Source: Chloroflexota bacterium (GTDB lineage Bacteria; Bacillota; Sulfobacillia; JBFLWA01; JBLNDB01). From it: a DNA stretch of 64,000 nucleotides. Position 1 is the stretch's first letter. Every line of letters begins with the position of its first letter. Below are positions 18,741 to 27,827 of the stretch, piece after piece. The notes beneath the pieces are model-generated. The model did no database searches. It saw only the letters and a list, made by a program, of their open reading frames with translations, and had not been told where the DNA came from. The translations under genes were made by a program, and so were the position numbers. The stretch lies in the NCBI GenBank assembly GCA_050261235.1, contig JBLNDB010000032.1, forward strand, positions 4,894 to 68,893, written 5' to 3'.

Positions 18741-19865
18741 TTGAAAGTCCTGCACCTGATCAGCGGGGGCGACACGGGCGGGGCCAAGACCCACGTCCTG
18801 TCGCTGGTCGGCGAGCTCCAGAAGACGATTCCGGTGCGGCTGGCCTGTTTCATGGAGGGGCCGTTCCTGACCGAGGCGCGTGAACTCGGTCTTGACACGT
18901 TGCTCCTCAAGCAGAAGGGGCGAGCCGATCTATCGGTGCTGAACGAACTGGTCGATGTCGTCAGGCGTGACCGGTTCGACATTCTCCATGCCCATGGCGC
19001 CCGCGCCAATCTGCTCGTGGCCTTGGTCAAGCGACGCCTCGGCATCCCCTGCCTGACCACCGTCCACAGCGACTACCGGCTCGACTTCATCGGCAATATC
19101 TACAAGACCATCGCCTACACGCCGCTCAACAGCATCGCCCTGCGCTTCTTCGACTACTACGTGACAGTCGCCGGACCAGTGCGCGATGTGCTGGTGAAGC
19201 GGGGTTTCCCGCGCGACCGCATCTTCTCGGTCAACAACGGCATCGACTTCGACCTTGACCTGCGTCTGCCATCGCGGGCCGAGGCGCTGGCCATGGCCGG
19301 CCTGAACATCCCGCCGGATGCGCCGATCATCGGCGCCGTCGGCCGTCTGGCGCTGATCAAGGACTATCCGACGTTCATCCGCGCCGCGGCTGCGGTGCAC
19401 GCCGAGTTTCCGGACGTTCACTTCATGATCATCGGCGACGGCGAGGAACGCCAGCGTCTGGCCGACCTCGTGGCCCAGCTCGACGTTGTCGACCGGGTCC
19501 ACTTTGCCGGCTATCACGACAATCCCAATCCGCTCATGAGCACCCTTGCCGTCAATGTCCTGACCTCGCGGAACGAGGGCGGACTCCCGTATGTGCTCCT
19601 CGAGGGGGCACGCCTCGGTCTTGCCACGGTCAGCACTACCGTTGGCGGCGTCCGCGATCTGATCAGCGCTGATGAGACAGGCCTGTTGTTCGACCCCGGC
19701 GATGACGCCGCCCTCAGCCGGCATCTGATTGCCTTGCTCCGCGACCCGGAGCGGCGCACGCGCCTTGGCGACAACATCCGCGCCCGCGCCCGCGAGCACT
19801 TCTCGCTAAGGCGCATGGCCGAGCAGCAGTTGGACATCTACCGCCACATCGTCAGGGAGGATTGA
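18741..19865 (+). CDS. GT4 family glycosyltransferase
   Basis: MKVLHLISGGDTGGAKTH, HAHGARAN, SRNEGGLPYVLLEG (ExxxxxxxE). TGgTATAAT promoter near 18640. Confidence 0.88.
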   Translation: MKVLHLISGGDTGGAKTHVLSLVGELQKTIPVRLACFMEGPFLTEARELGLDTLLLKQKGRADLSVLNELVDVVRRDRFDILHAHGARANLLVALVKRRLGIPCLTTVHSDYRLDFIGNIYKTIAYTPLNSIALRFFDYYVTVAGPVRDVLVKRGFPRDRIFSVNNGIDFDLDLRLPSRAEALAMAGLNIPPDAPIIGAVGRLALIKDYPTFIRAAAAVHAEFPDVHFMIIGDGEERQRLADLVAQLDVVDRVHFAGYHDNPNPLMSTLAVNVLTSRNEGGLPYVLLEGARLGLATVSTTVGGVRDLISADETGLLFDPGDDAALSRHLIALLRDPERRTRLGDNIRARAREHFSLRRMAEQQLDIYRHIVRED

Positions 19866-19869
19866 CATC

Positions 19870-20361
19870 ATGAGTCTCATCGACAAGAAGGGTCGCCTGT
19901 TCGGACGCGTCAACCTGATTGATCTGCTAGCCGTTCTGCTCGTGCTGGCCATGCTGGTGTTCGTCGGCTACAAGCTGCGGGTCGTCAACCCCCGCGTCGC
20001 CCCGGCCACCACTCCCTACCGCCTGGTCCTGCTTGTCGAGGGCGTGCGCCAGATCACCGTCGACGAACTCAAGGTCGGCCTGCCGGTGCGGGCGTTCGAC
20101 GCCGGGGTCGATGTCGGGACCATCGCCGCAGTCGATGTCCAGCCGGCGATCGAGCAGGTCGAGACTGCCGACGGGCAGATCGTTGACGCCAGCGTCCCCG
20201 GTCGCTTCGACCTGAGAATCAGCATCGACACCCAGGCTGTCGTCACCGAATGGGCCGTCCGGGTCGCCAACACCGACCTGCGCATCGGCCGCGACTTCAC
20301 CATCTATGGCCAGCGATTCCTCGTCAAGGGCATCATCTTCGGGCTTGAGGAGCGCAAGTAG
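19870..20361 (+). CDS. DUF4330 family membrane-anchored protein
   Basis: MSLIDKKGRLFGRVNLIDLLAVLLVL N-terminus characteristic of DUF4330. Confidence 0.8.
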   Translation: MSLIDKKGRLFGRVNLIDLLAVLLVLAMLVFVGYKLRVVNPRVAPATTPYRLVLLVEGVRQITVDELKVGLPVRAFDAGVDVGTIAAVDVQPAIEQVETADGQIVDASVPGRFDLRISIDTQAVVTEWAVRVANTDLRIGRDFTIYGQRFLVKGIIFGLEERK

Positions 20362-20364
20362 CAG

Positions 20365-22005
20365 GTGGAGACAAGCCTTCTCCGCCGAGGCGTCATGGCT
20401 CTTGTCGGCGCTGCCCATACCCTGGCCCGGTGGTACGGCGACAGCGCGCTAGGTCGGAGCCTTGGTGCCGCAGGCAGCGGCCTCACACGGGCCGCAGCCG
20501 GCAGTGCCCTCGGCCGGCTGTTGGTCTGGGACCTTGATGACAGTTGGCGTCGCTCGGCCTCGTTCGGTAGCCTCAGCGCGCTGGCGCAGCGGTTCGTCGC
20601 CTGGTCCAGCCGCTGGCTGACGCCAGTGCTGGATGGTTCCTGGTTTGTCCGCTCATGGAACACTGTCGCCGGCTGGTTCGGGACCGCCACGCCGTTCGCG
20701 GACAGCCGCGCCGTGCAACTCGTGCGCTGGTATTTTTGCGAAGAGACTGTCTCCCGGCCGATGCCGGCCGACCCAGCCGGCGATGTCCCCACCACTCGTC
20801 CCGGCATCGCCGCCCTCCAGGGGCTGACAGTGGTGGTGCTGCACGCGTTGGTCTGGACTGTGCCGACGATCGAGTGGGCCAAGCTCCTCATCGTCATGTT
20901 GGCCCTGACCGTGTTGATGTCGCTGCGCTGGCTCGCCGGCGAGCGGCTGCGCGGTGGCGGCCTGTTTGTGCCCGTCTTCGCTTACGTCGTGTTCGCTGCA
21001 CTGGCAAGTCTCAGTTCGATCACCGTCTTCGGCAGTCTGCGTGACCTTGGGCTGCTGCTGGGCGGGGCCGGCGTGCTGTTCGCGATCATCAACCTGCGCG
21101 ATCGGCGCGCTTGGGTCGGCCTTCTTGGCAGCGTCGTCGCCGTCGCCGCGCTCGTCTCGCTCTACGGCCTGTACCAGTACGTTCGCGGGACGGCAGTCGC
21201 CAGTCGCGCCTGGTTCGACATCAACACCAATCCCGAACTGACGTCGCGCGTGTTCTCCACGTTCGGCAACCCGAACACGCTGGCCATGTACCTCGAATTC
21301 AGCCTGCCACTGACAGTCGGCCTGCTCTGGAGCGAGCGCTCGCGTCTGAAGCAGCTTCTCTACATGGCCGCCGCGTTGGTGATGCTGGCCGCGCTGGTCC
21401 TGACGATGTCGCGCGGCGGCTGGCTGGCGCTTGTGTTCGGCGGTCTCGTCTTCCTGGCGCTGACTGACTCGCGCGTACTCTGGGCGTTGCCGCTGGCGGG
21501 AGCTGTGGCCTACGCGTTTCTGCCGCCAGTCTTCAGGACCCGCCTGGCAACCATCGGGTCGCTCAAGGATGCGTCGAATGCGTACCGGGTCAACATCTGG
21601 CTGGCCGCCATCTACATGATCGGCGAGTTCTGGCCGACCGGCGTCGGCTTCGGCTACCGGGCCTTCATGCCGATCTACAACTACTTCCGCCTCCGCGGTC
21701 AGCCTGCGTTCCATGCCCACAACTTCTACCTCGAGCAGTTCGCCGAGCTTGGCATCATCGGCTTCATCCTCTTCCTCTGGTTGATCTGCCGCATCGGCGC
21801 CGCCGGCGTCCGCGGGCTCGCCCTGGGCCGTGACCCGCGCCTGCGCGCCGTCTCCATCGGCGGCTTGGCGGGGCTGGCCGGGATCCTGCTCCACGGCATG
21901 TTCGAGAACATCTTCTACCTGCCGACAATCATCGCCGCCTTCTGGGTGGCGATGGGCATCATGGCCGCCGGCACGGAACTGGCGGCCGGAGAGCAGGCGC
22001 ATTGA
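20365..22005 (+). CDS. O-antigen ligase/Wzy-like polytopic membrane protein
   Basis: RVFSTFGNPNTLAMY, LTMSRGGWL, SNAYRVNIW, GVGFG, HAHNFYL motifs. Confidence 0.85.
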   Translation: METSLLRRGVMALVGAAHTLARWYGDSALGRSLGAAGSGLTRAAAGSALGRLLVWDLDDSWRRSASFGSLSALAQRFVAWSSRWLTPVLDGSWFVRSWNTVAGWFGTATPFADSRAVQLVRWYFCEETVSRPMPADPAGDVPTTRPGIAALQGLTVVVLHALVWTVPTIEWAKLLIVMLALTVLMSLRWLAGERLRGGGLFVPVFAYVVFAALASLSSITVFGSLRDLGLLLGGAGVLFAIINLRDRRAWVGLLGSVVAVAALVSLYGLYQYVRGTAVASRAWFDINTNPELTSRVFSTFGNPNTLAMYLEFSLPLTVGLLWSERSRLKQLLYMAAALVMLAALVLTMSRGGWLALVFGGLVFLALTDSRVLWALPLAGAVAYAFLPPVFRTRLATIGSLKDASNAYRVNIWLAAIYMIGEFWPTGVGFGYRAFMPIYNYFRLRGQPAFHAHNFYLEQFAELGIIGFILFLWLICRIGAAGVRGLALGRDPRLRAVSIGGLAGLAGILLHGMFENIFYLPTIIAAFWVAMGIMAAGTELAAGEQAH

Positions 22006-22033
22006 CAACGTTGCTCCCCAAGGGGGGTTGGGC

Positions 22034-23143
22034 ATGAGCAGGATTCTCATCTCGGGCTATATCGGCTTCGGCAACAGCGGTGATGAGGGCATCCTCATGG
22101 CCATGACGCAGCACCTGCGGGCGGCAGTGCCGTCGGTGGAGATCACCGTCCTGTCGAACCGGCCTGCCGAGACGGAGGCCCTGTACGGCGTCAGGGCCGT
22201 CGCGCGGTTCAACCTTGCGGCGGTCTCGCGCGCCATCCGCGACGCGGATTTGATCATCAACGGCGGCGGCAGCCTGCTCCAGGACCGAACGAGCAGCCGC
22301 TCCCTGTTCTACTACCTCTACATCATCTGGCGCGCCAAGCTGCTGCGAAAGCGGGTCGTCCTGTACGCCAACGGCATCGGACCGGTCCGGCGCCCGCTCA
22401 ACCGCCGCCTGACCGCCCGGATCCTGAACAGCGTCGACCTGATCACGCTGCGCGAATCGATGTCGCTGGCCGAGCTGCGCGGTCTTGGCGTGGACCGGCC
22501 GCCGGTCGAGGTGACCGCCGATCCGGTATTCGGCCTCTCGCCAGCGCCGCCCGAACGCGCACGCGAACTGCTCGCGGCCGAGGGAGTCGGCACGCGTCGA
22601 CCGCTGGTCGGCGTCTCGGTCCGCCAGTGGGCCAATCTGGAGACATGGGCCGAGGCGATCGCCGTCGCCGCCGATCACCTGATCGACCGGCATGGCGCCA
22701 GTGTCGCCTTCATTCCCATGGAGTTCTCGGCCGATGTCGTCGTCGCCGAGGCTGTCGCCCGGAGGATGCGCAATCCGGCCACCATCATCCGCGGCAAGTA
22801 CATCGCCACCGACTGCATGGCGATTGTCGGCCAACTCGATCTCCTGCTCGGGATGCGTCTCCATTCGCTGATCTTCGCCGCCCGACAGCAGGTGCCGCTG
22901 ATCGGCATCGACTACGATCCCAAAGTGCGCGGACTGCTCGCCGAACTCGGTCAGCCCTCGGCCGGCGATGTCGCGTCCCTGTCAGCGGCGACACTGATCC
23001 GCCTGGCCGACGAAGCGATGGCGCGACTGCCCGAAATCCGCGCGTCGCTTCAAGGCGTGACCGATTCGCTGGCCGCCCTGGCGCGCCGCAACGCCGAGTT
23101 GACCGCCAACGTTCTGCGCGAAGGGGCTCCCGGCGCCCGCTGA
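22034..23143 (+). CDS. csaB: Polysaccharide pyruvyl transferase CsaB
   Basis: ILISGYIGFGNSGDEGIL, GGGSLLQDRTSSRSLFYY, GIGP, TADP, GMRLHSLIFA, YDPKV. Confidence 0.92.
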   Translation: MSRILISGYIGFGNSGDEGILMAMTQHLRAAVPSVEITVLSNRPAETEALYGVRAVARFNLAAVSRAIRDADLIINGGGSLLQDRTSSRSLFYYLYIIWRAKLLRKRVVLYANGIGPVRRPLNRRLTARILNSVDLITLRESMSLAELRGLGVDRPPVEVTADPVFGLSPAPPERARELLAAEGVGTRRPLVGVSVRQWANLETWAEAIAVAADHLIDRHGASVAFIPMEFSADVVVAEAVARRMRNPATIIRGKYIATDCMAIVGQLDLLLGMRLHSLIFAARQQVPLIGIDYDPKVRGLLAELGQPSAGDVASLSAATLIRLADEAMARLPEIRASLQGVTDSLAALARRNAELTANVLREGAPGAR

Positions 23144-23167
23144 GGTCGCCGCGCCGCGAAAACTGCA

Positions 23168-23197
23168 AGCCCGGGCCACCAACTGGTGGCCCGGGCT
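23168..23197. terminator. Hairpin between the convergent csaB and MFS genes
   Basis: AGCCCGGGCCACC-aact-GGTGGCCCGGGCT, 13-bp stem. Confidence 0.7.
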
Positions 23198-23220
23198 CCA
23201 CTATGCTTGCCTGGGAATGG

Positions 23221-24573
23221 TCAGGCCGAGACGCGCCTCGCCTCCGGCCCCTGAGTGCTGTGGCTCTCGTACTTGCGGAAACTGAAATAGTAGTAGAGGC
23301 TCGCGACGGTATAGAGCACGGCAGTTCCGAAGTACGGCGTGTTGTCGCCGAGGTTCTCCATCATATAGCCGGCCACTGTCACCGCGAGGGCCCGCGCCGT
23401 GTTCGAGAAGAGAGTCGTCAGGCCGTTGGTGGTGGCGCGCCGCTGCGGGTCGACGATCTCCATCGTGAATGACGAGGAAATCGGACCGGACATGTTCATG
23501 AACGCATTCCGCAGCCAATAGGCGGCAGCAGCCGCATAGATGTTGCCGGTCAGCGCGATGCTGAGCAGGAACGGCAGGGAAGCCATCTGGGTGATCAGGA
23601 CGGCCCGGATCCGGCCCAGCTTGCGCACGAGGATTGGGCTCAGCAGGGTCGCAAACGCCAGCACCAGCTGGGACCCGGTCATGACGACGCTGACCTGCGA
23701 CGGTGTCGCATTCAGCTGACGCTTCAGGAACATGTTGAACAGCGGCAGGACGAGACCGGCGCCAAAGCCGATGAGAATGTTGAAGATGACCAGGACTCGC
23801 ACGTTGGGATTGCTGATGGTGGCGCCCATCTCGCGCAGGACACCGGCCTTGAGGCTGCTGGCGACGCGCGTCGACCGCTGCTCGTTGATGGCGAGGATCG
23901 GTACGTAGGCCAACACGAGGAACCCGATTGACGCCAGCAAGGCCATCTGGAGCGTGCGCGGGTCGACGTTGGCCCGCCACCCGAACACTGCCGCGAACAG
24001 CAGCGGCAGCCAGCCGGCGAGGAGCGAGCCGGCCGTCGACGCGAGCGTCGACACTGACATGTTGGCCGAGAACAGGTGCATCCGCTCGCGCGGCTGGCTG
24101 TTCTCCATCAGGAACGGACTCGACAGGGTCATCTGGAACGTCGTCGCGGCGCCGCGGATAACGGCCAGGATGTACAGCGCGGCGGCGGTGCGCGTCAGGA
24201 AGACCTGCCCGACGGTGGTGACGATGGCCAGGCTGGTAGCCATGAGGAGGCTTGTCCGGCGGCCGACCCGGTCAGAGAACATCCCGGCCGGAATGGCCGT
24301 GAGCGCCGATCCCATCAACTGCATTGTCGAGAAGACGCCGATCGTCGTCAGGCTGTAGCCGATGGCGCTGAGGTAGAGGTTGAACAGCACGCCGAAGACG
24401 CCAAGGCACATCTGGATGAGCGCGTTGCCCACGAGAAAGTTCTTGGCGTTGGGACTGAACTGGCCAATCGCCTGCCAGTAGGAGCGCGCCTCCGGCGCGC
24501 CCTGATGTGCGAGCTGATCGTCGCCTGAGAGCGGCTTCTCCTCTATTACCAGGTTGTCGCTGTTGGCTGCCAT
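23221..24573 (-). CDS. MFS transporter
   Basis: Motif A-like GMFSDRVGRRTSL and about 12 TM helices. Start placed at ATG 24573 because the promoter overlaps the longer ORF start. Confidence 0.88.
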   Translation of the reverse strand: MAANSDNLVIEEKPLSGDDQLAHQGAPEARSYWQAIGQFSPNAKNFLVGNALIQMCLGVFGVLFNLYLSAIGYSLTTIGVFSTMQLMGSALTAIPAGMFSDRVGRRTSLLMATSLAIVTTVGQVFLTRTAAALYILAVIRGAATTFQMTLSSPFLMENSQPRERMHLFSANMSVSTLASTAGSLLAGWLPLLFAAVFGWRANVDPRTLQMALLASIGFLVLAYVPILAINEQRSTRVASSLKAGVLREMGATISNPNVRVLVIFNILIGFGAGLVLPLFNMFLKRQLNATPSQVSVVMTGSQLVLAFATLLSPILVRKLGRIRAVLITQMASLPFLLSIALTGNIYAAAAAYWLRNAFMNMSGPISSSFTMEIVDPQRRATTNGLTTLFSNTARALAVTVAGYMMENLGDNTPYFGTAVLYTVASLYYYFSFRKYESHSTQGPEARRVSA

Positions 24574-24617
24574 GGCAAAGACACCTTTCTGGACGCGGGG
24601 GCGTCGGCTACCCCACA

Positions 24618-24646
24618 ATTATACCAGCATCCAGTCGGTCCGGCAA
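24618..24646 (-). promoter_or_regulatory. Sigma-A promoter of the MFS gene
   Basis: TTGCCG-17nt-TATAAT with extended TG. Confidence 0.75.
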
Positions 24647-24702
24647 TTGCTTCTGCATCCGAATTATCGCTAAGCCTAAACAAAGGCATGGCAGCGACGA
24701 TA

Positions 24703-24726
24703 AAACCCCGGCCAAGGCCGGGGTTT
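24703..24726 (-). terminator. Intrinsic terminator after the SASP gene
   Basis: AAACCCCGGCC-aa-GGCCGGGGTTT. Confidence 0.7.
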
Positions 24727-24729
24727 GGG

Positions 24730-25047
24730 CTACTTCCTCAGATTTTGCTCCGCGTACTCCACCATCCGTCGCACCATTTGGCCGCCGATGTGGCCTCCCA
24801 TCCGACCGCCAATCCTGCCGCATTCGCGGGCGGTCATCTCGCCCCACCCGACATCGCTGATCTTGTCGCGCAGGCCAAGTTCACCGGCGACCTCGTACTT
24901 CCAGTCAGCAAGGAAGCGACTGTAGCTGCGAGCGTCAGGAGCCTCGGGGAGTAGGCCGATCTCTTGAGCGACTTCGTACTTCAAGCGATCGAGGGCCGGC
25001 TCGGCGCCGGACACCAGATGGTCAGCCTGTCGCCGCCGTCTGCTCAC
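24730..25047 (-). CDS. Alpha/beta-type small acid-soluble spore protein with duplicated first helix
   Basis: KYEVAQEIGL and KYEVAGELGL repeats, then GWGEMTARECGRIGG...GQMVRRMVEYAEQNL. AAGGAGG RBS. Confidence 0.85.
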   Translation of the reverse strand: MSRRRRQADHLVSGAEPALDRLKYEVAQEIGLLPEAPDARSYSRFLADWKYEVAGELGLRDKISDVGWGEMTARECGRIGGRMGGHIGGQMVRRMVEYAEQNLRK

Positions 25048-25081
25048 GGTTCGCTCCTCCTTGAACGAAGCAGCCCAAGCC

Positions 25082-25111
25082 TAGTCTTTCCCGCTACGGC
25101 GTCGGTTATGT
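25082..25111 (-). promoter_or_regulatory. Putative sigma-G/sigma-F promoter of the SASP gene
   Basis: ACATA-18nt-AAGACTA preceded by GGGA; compare GNATA-18-CATACTA. Confidence 0.55.
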
Positions 25112-26005
25112 TGACAAGAGCTGGTCAAGCGGCTGTCTGTCTGTCAACACTGGCGCAAACAGGTCACCTACGCTGGCGATGCGCTCGGGCACTGTGCGAA
25201 TCGTGAATTGGTCGGGGACGCAAGTGGCGAGTTCGTCCCATGTGACCGGGGTCGACACCGGCGCTCCGGGCCTGGGGCGGACGCCGTAGACGCCGACGAT
25301 CGTCTTTCCTTTGACGTTCTGCAGGTGGTCGATGTACACCCCGATCCGCTTCTTCACCAGCCGTTCGCGCGTCGTCTCGTTCGGCTTCAGCTGGTGCAGC
25401 AGGTCCGCCAGATTGGCGACGGCAGTGGCGACCTGTTCATAGGTGTAGCATGGCTCGATCGGCAGATAGATGTGCAGACCGGTGGCGCCGGACGTCTTGG
25501 GGTAGGCCCGCAGGCCGAGCCGGGCCAGCGTGTCGCGGATGAGAAAGGCGATTTCGACGCAGTCCTGGAACAGCGCCGGCGGCGATGGATCGAGGTCGAA
25601 AACCGCCACGTCCGGCGTGTCCGGGGAGCCACGGCGCGAGTGCCACGGGTGGAGTTCTATGGCCGCCAGATTGGCCGCCCAGACGAGGGTCGCAGGTTCG
25701 CTGGCGATCGCGAAATCGATCGACCGCCCGGCATCGGCGGCGTAGTAAGTCCAGCGATCGACCCAGGCGGGCGCGTGCGCGGGCAGGTCCTTCTGGTAGA
25801 ACCACTTCCCGCGGATGCCGTCCGGGTAGCGGGTCATGACCAGCGGCCGGTCGGCCAGGTGCGGCAGCATCAGCGGCGCCATTTGCAGATAGTACTGGAT
25901 GAGATCGCCCTTCGTGTAGCCGTCGTCCGGCCAGAGGACCTTGTCAAGGTTGGTCAGGAAGACGCGCCGGCCGGCGACATCAACCGCTGCCCGCTTCCCG
26001 GCCAT
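25106..26005 (-). CDS. ligD: NHEJ LigD polymerase (PrimPol) domain, stand-alone
   Basis: LTNLDKVLWP, RYPDG, FYQK, VFDLDP, KTSGATGLHIY, YIDHLQN..GKT, PVSTPVTWDE. Confidence 0.9.
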   Translation of the reverse strand: MAGKRAAVDVAGRRVFLTNLDKVLWPDDGYTKGDLIQYYLQMAPLMLPHLADRPLVMTRYPDGIRGKWFYQKDLPAHAPAWVDRWTYYAADAGRSIDFAIASEPATLVWAANLAAIELHPWHSRRGSPDTPDVAVFDLDPSPPALFQDCVEIAFLIRDTLARLGLRAYPKTSGATGLHIYLPIEPCYTYEQVATAVANLADLLHQLKPNETTRERLVKKRIGVYIDHLQNVKGKTIVGVYGVRPRPGAPVSTPVTWDELATCVPDQFTIRTVPERIASVGDLFAPVLTDRQPLDQLLST

Positions 26006-26018
26006 TGCCCGACCCCCT

Positions 26019-26960
26019 TCACTCAAGGACGCAATCGGTGGCAGGGCGACTGCTGAAGCCGACGATCACCGGCGCGCGCAGCCCCAGTTGCTCTGTCCAC
26101 TCCTGGAATTCGACCGTGCAGACCAGTTCGGGCGGTGACCAGACGACGCGGACTCCGTAGATGCGTGGCGCGGGGCTGAACGGCGCCCGGTCGACGGCGT
26201 GCGCGCAGAAGTACCGGTCAAGTTCCCGCAGCGCCTCGCCGTTCAGGCCCGACCCGGCGCGGCCAACGTAGACCAGCCGGCCGTCGCTCAGGTAGAGGCC
26301 GAGCAGCAGGGCCGACAGATGACCCTCGCGGTATGTGCAGCCGCAGACGACGCAATCGATGCGTCGACGGTACTTGATCTTGAGCCAGTGGGCGCTCTTC
26401 TTCCCCTCCACGTATGGACTGCCGACTCGTTTGGCGACGATACCCTCGAGCCCGTTGGCGCGGACCGCCGCGAACAGCGCCTGCCCGGCCGTGAAACTCT
26501 CGACCAGTCCGATCTGCCCGTCAGTCGCCAGCGCGCCGTTCAGCCGCTCCTGACGGACTGTCAGGGGCTCGCCGCTGATGTCCTCGCCGTCGGCGACCAG
26601 CATATCGAACACCATGTAGCTGACCGGCAGGCGGCGCGCCAGGGCCGTCGCCCGCTCGGGCCGCGTCAGGTCTCGCTGCAGCACCCGGGCAAAGCTGGGT
26701 TTACCGTCGTGGAGAACGATCACCTCGCCGTCAAGAATTGCCGGGCCGCGGCAGAGTCTGGCCAGGACCTGCAGTTCGGGGTAGTGCTGCGTCCGGTCAT
26801 GCAGGCGGCGGTTCTGGAGGCGGACGCCGGCGCGTGACACGAACGCAAGCATGCGCACACCGTCCCACTTGACCTGGTGGATGTAGTCGGGGTCGTCGAA
26901 CGGCGCCGGCGCCGGGCGCGGCTCCATCGGCACGATGGTCGATCGCAGGCCGTAGGTCAT
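26019..26960 (-). CDS. ligD: NHEJ LigD ATP-dependent ligase domain, stand-alone
   Basis: Motif I QVKWDGVR with catalytic Lys, LDGEVIV, FDML, EGIVAKR..SPY..GKKS..WLKIK, then an OB fold. Confidence 0.9.
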   Translation of the reverse strand: MTYGLRSTIVPMEPRPAPAPFDDPDYIHQVKWDGVRMLAFVSRAGVRLQNRRLHDRTQHYPELQVLARLCRGPAILDGEVIVLHDGKPSFARVLQRDLTRPERATALARRLPVSYMVFDMLVADGEDISGEPLTVRQERLNGALATDGQIGLVESFTAGQALFAAVRANGLEGIVAKRVGSPYVEGKKSAHWLKIKYRRRIDCVVCGCTYREGHLSALLLGLYLSDGRLVYVGRAGSGLNGEALRELDRYFCAHAVDRAPFSPAPRIYGVRVVWSPPELVCTVEFQEWTEQLGLRAPVIVGFSSRPATDCVLE

Positions 26961-26962
26961 TG

Positions 26963-27775
26963 TCAGGACGTGCGCCGGGCGCCCTCGCGGGTCCGCTGCT
27001 CCTCCGCCATTTTCACACTGGCGCGCAGGGCCTCCATCAGATCGATGACCTTCTCCGGCCGCGGCGCTTCGACGCTGTACACTTCCTGGCCCTCGATGCG
27101 CGACCGGATGATGTCGAGCAGGGCCTGGCGGTACTCGTCGGTGTACTTTTCCGGGTGAAAGTCAGTGGCCAGGTTGCCAATCAGCATCTCGGCCATCTGC
27201 ACTTCCTTCTCGTGCAGCGCCGGATCGGCGTCGATGCCTTGAAGCTCACTGTAGGAGCGGATTTCATCAGGCCAGAACATCGTCTCCATGACCAGCAGGC
27301 GTCCGTCGTAGACGCGCACTGCCGCAAGCGTTTCCTTCGAGCGGATGGCGACCTTGGCGAGAGCGATCCGCCCGCTCTCCGCCATTGCCCTGCGCAACAG
27401 AGCGTACGCCTTGACGCCGCCCTCTCCCGGCTCAAGGAAGTAGGTCTTGTCGAAGAAGATCGGATCAATGTCGGCCAGGTTGACGAAGTCGACGATATCG
27501 ATGGTCCGCGTGGTCGCCAGCGGCACGCGCTCGAAGTCCTCCTCTTTCATGACTACGAACCGACCCTTCTCGTACTCGTAACCGCGCACGATTTCGTCCA
27601 TCTCGACATCGCGGTTGCAGGTCGGGCAGAACTTCTTGTAGCGGACCGGCGTCTTGCACTCGGCATGAAGGAATGAGAATCTCAGATCCCGGTGTTCGGT
27701 CGCGGTGTACAGCCGCACCGGGATGTTGACCAACCCGAAGCTGATGGCGCCTCGCCAGAGCGTTCGCACGGGCAT
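26963..27775 (-). CDS. ku: NHEJ Ku protein
   Basis: LWRGAISFGLVNIPVRLY, IVRGYEY, IDPIFFDKTYFL, YALLR, FHPEKYTDEYR, VIDLMEALRASV. Confidence 0.95.
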   Translation of the reverse strand: MPVRTLWRGAISFGLVNIPVRLYTATEHRDLRFSFLHAECKTPVRYKKFCPTCNRDVEMDEIVRGYEYEKGRFVVMKEEDFERVPLATTRTIDIVDFVNLADIDPIFFDKTYFLEPGEGGVKAYALLRRAMAESGRIALAKVAIRSKETLAAVRVYDGRLLVMETMFWPDEIRSYSELQGIDADPALHEKEVQMAEMLIGNLATDFHPEKYTDEYRQALLDIIRSRIEGQEVYSVEAPRPEKVIDLMEALRASVKMAEEQRTREGARRTS

Positions 27776-27785
27776 CCCCCTCGAT

Positions 27786-27809
27786 GGAAAAAGCGGGGCC
27801 GCCCCCGCT
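27786..27809 (-). terminator. Intrinsic terminator after ytfJ, just upstream of ku
   Basis: Minus strand AGCGGGG-gcgg-CCCCGCT followed by TTTT. Confidence 0.6.
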
Positions 27810-27827
27810 CTCCCGCGTATTCGCTGA

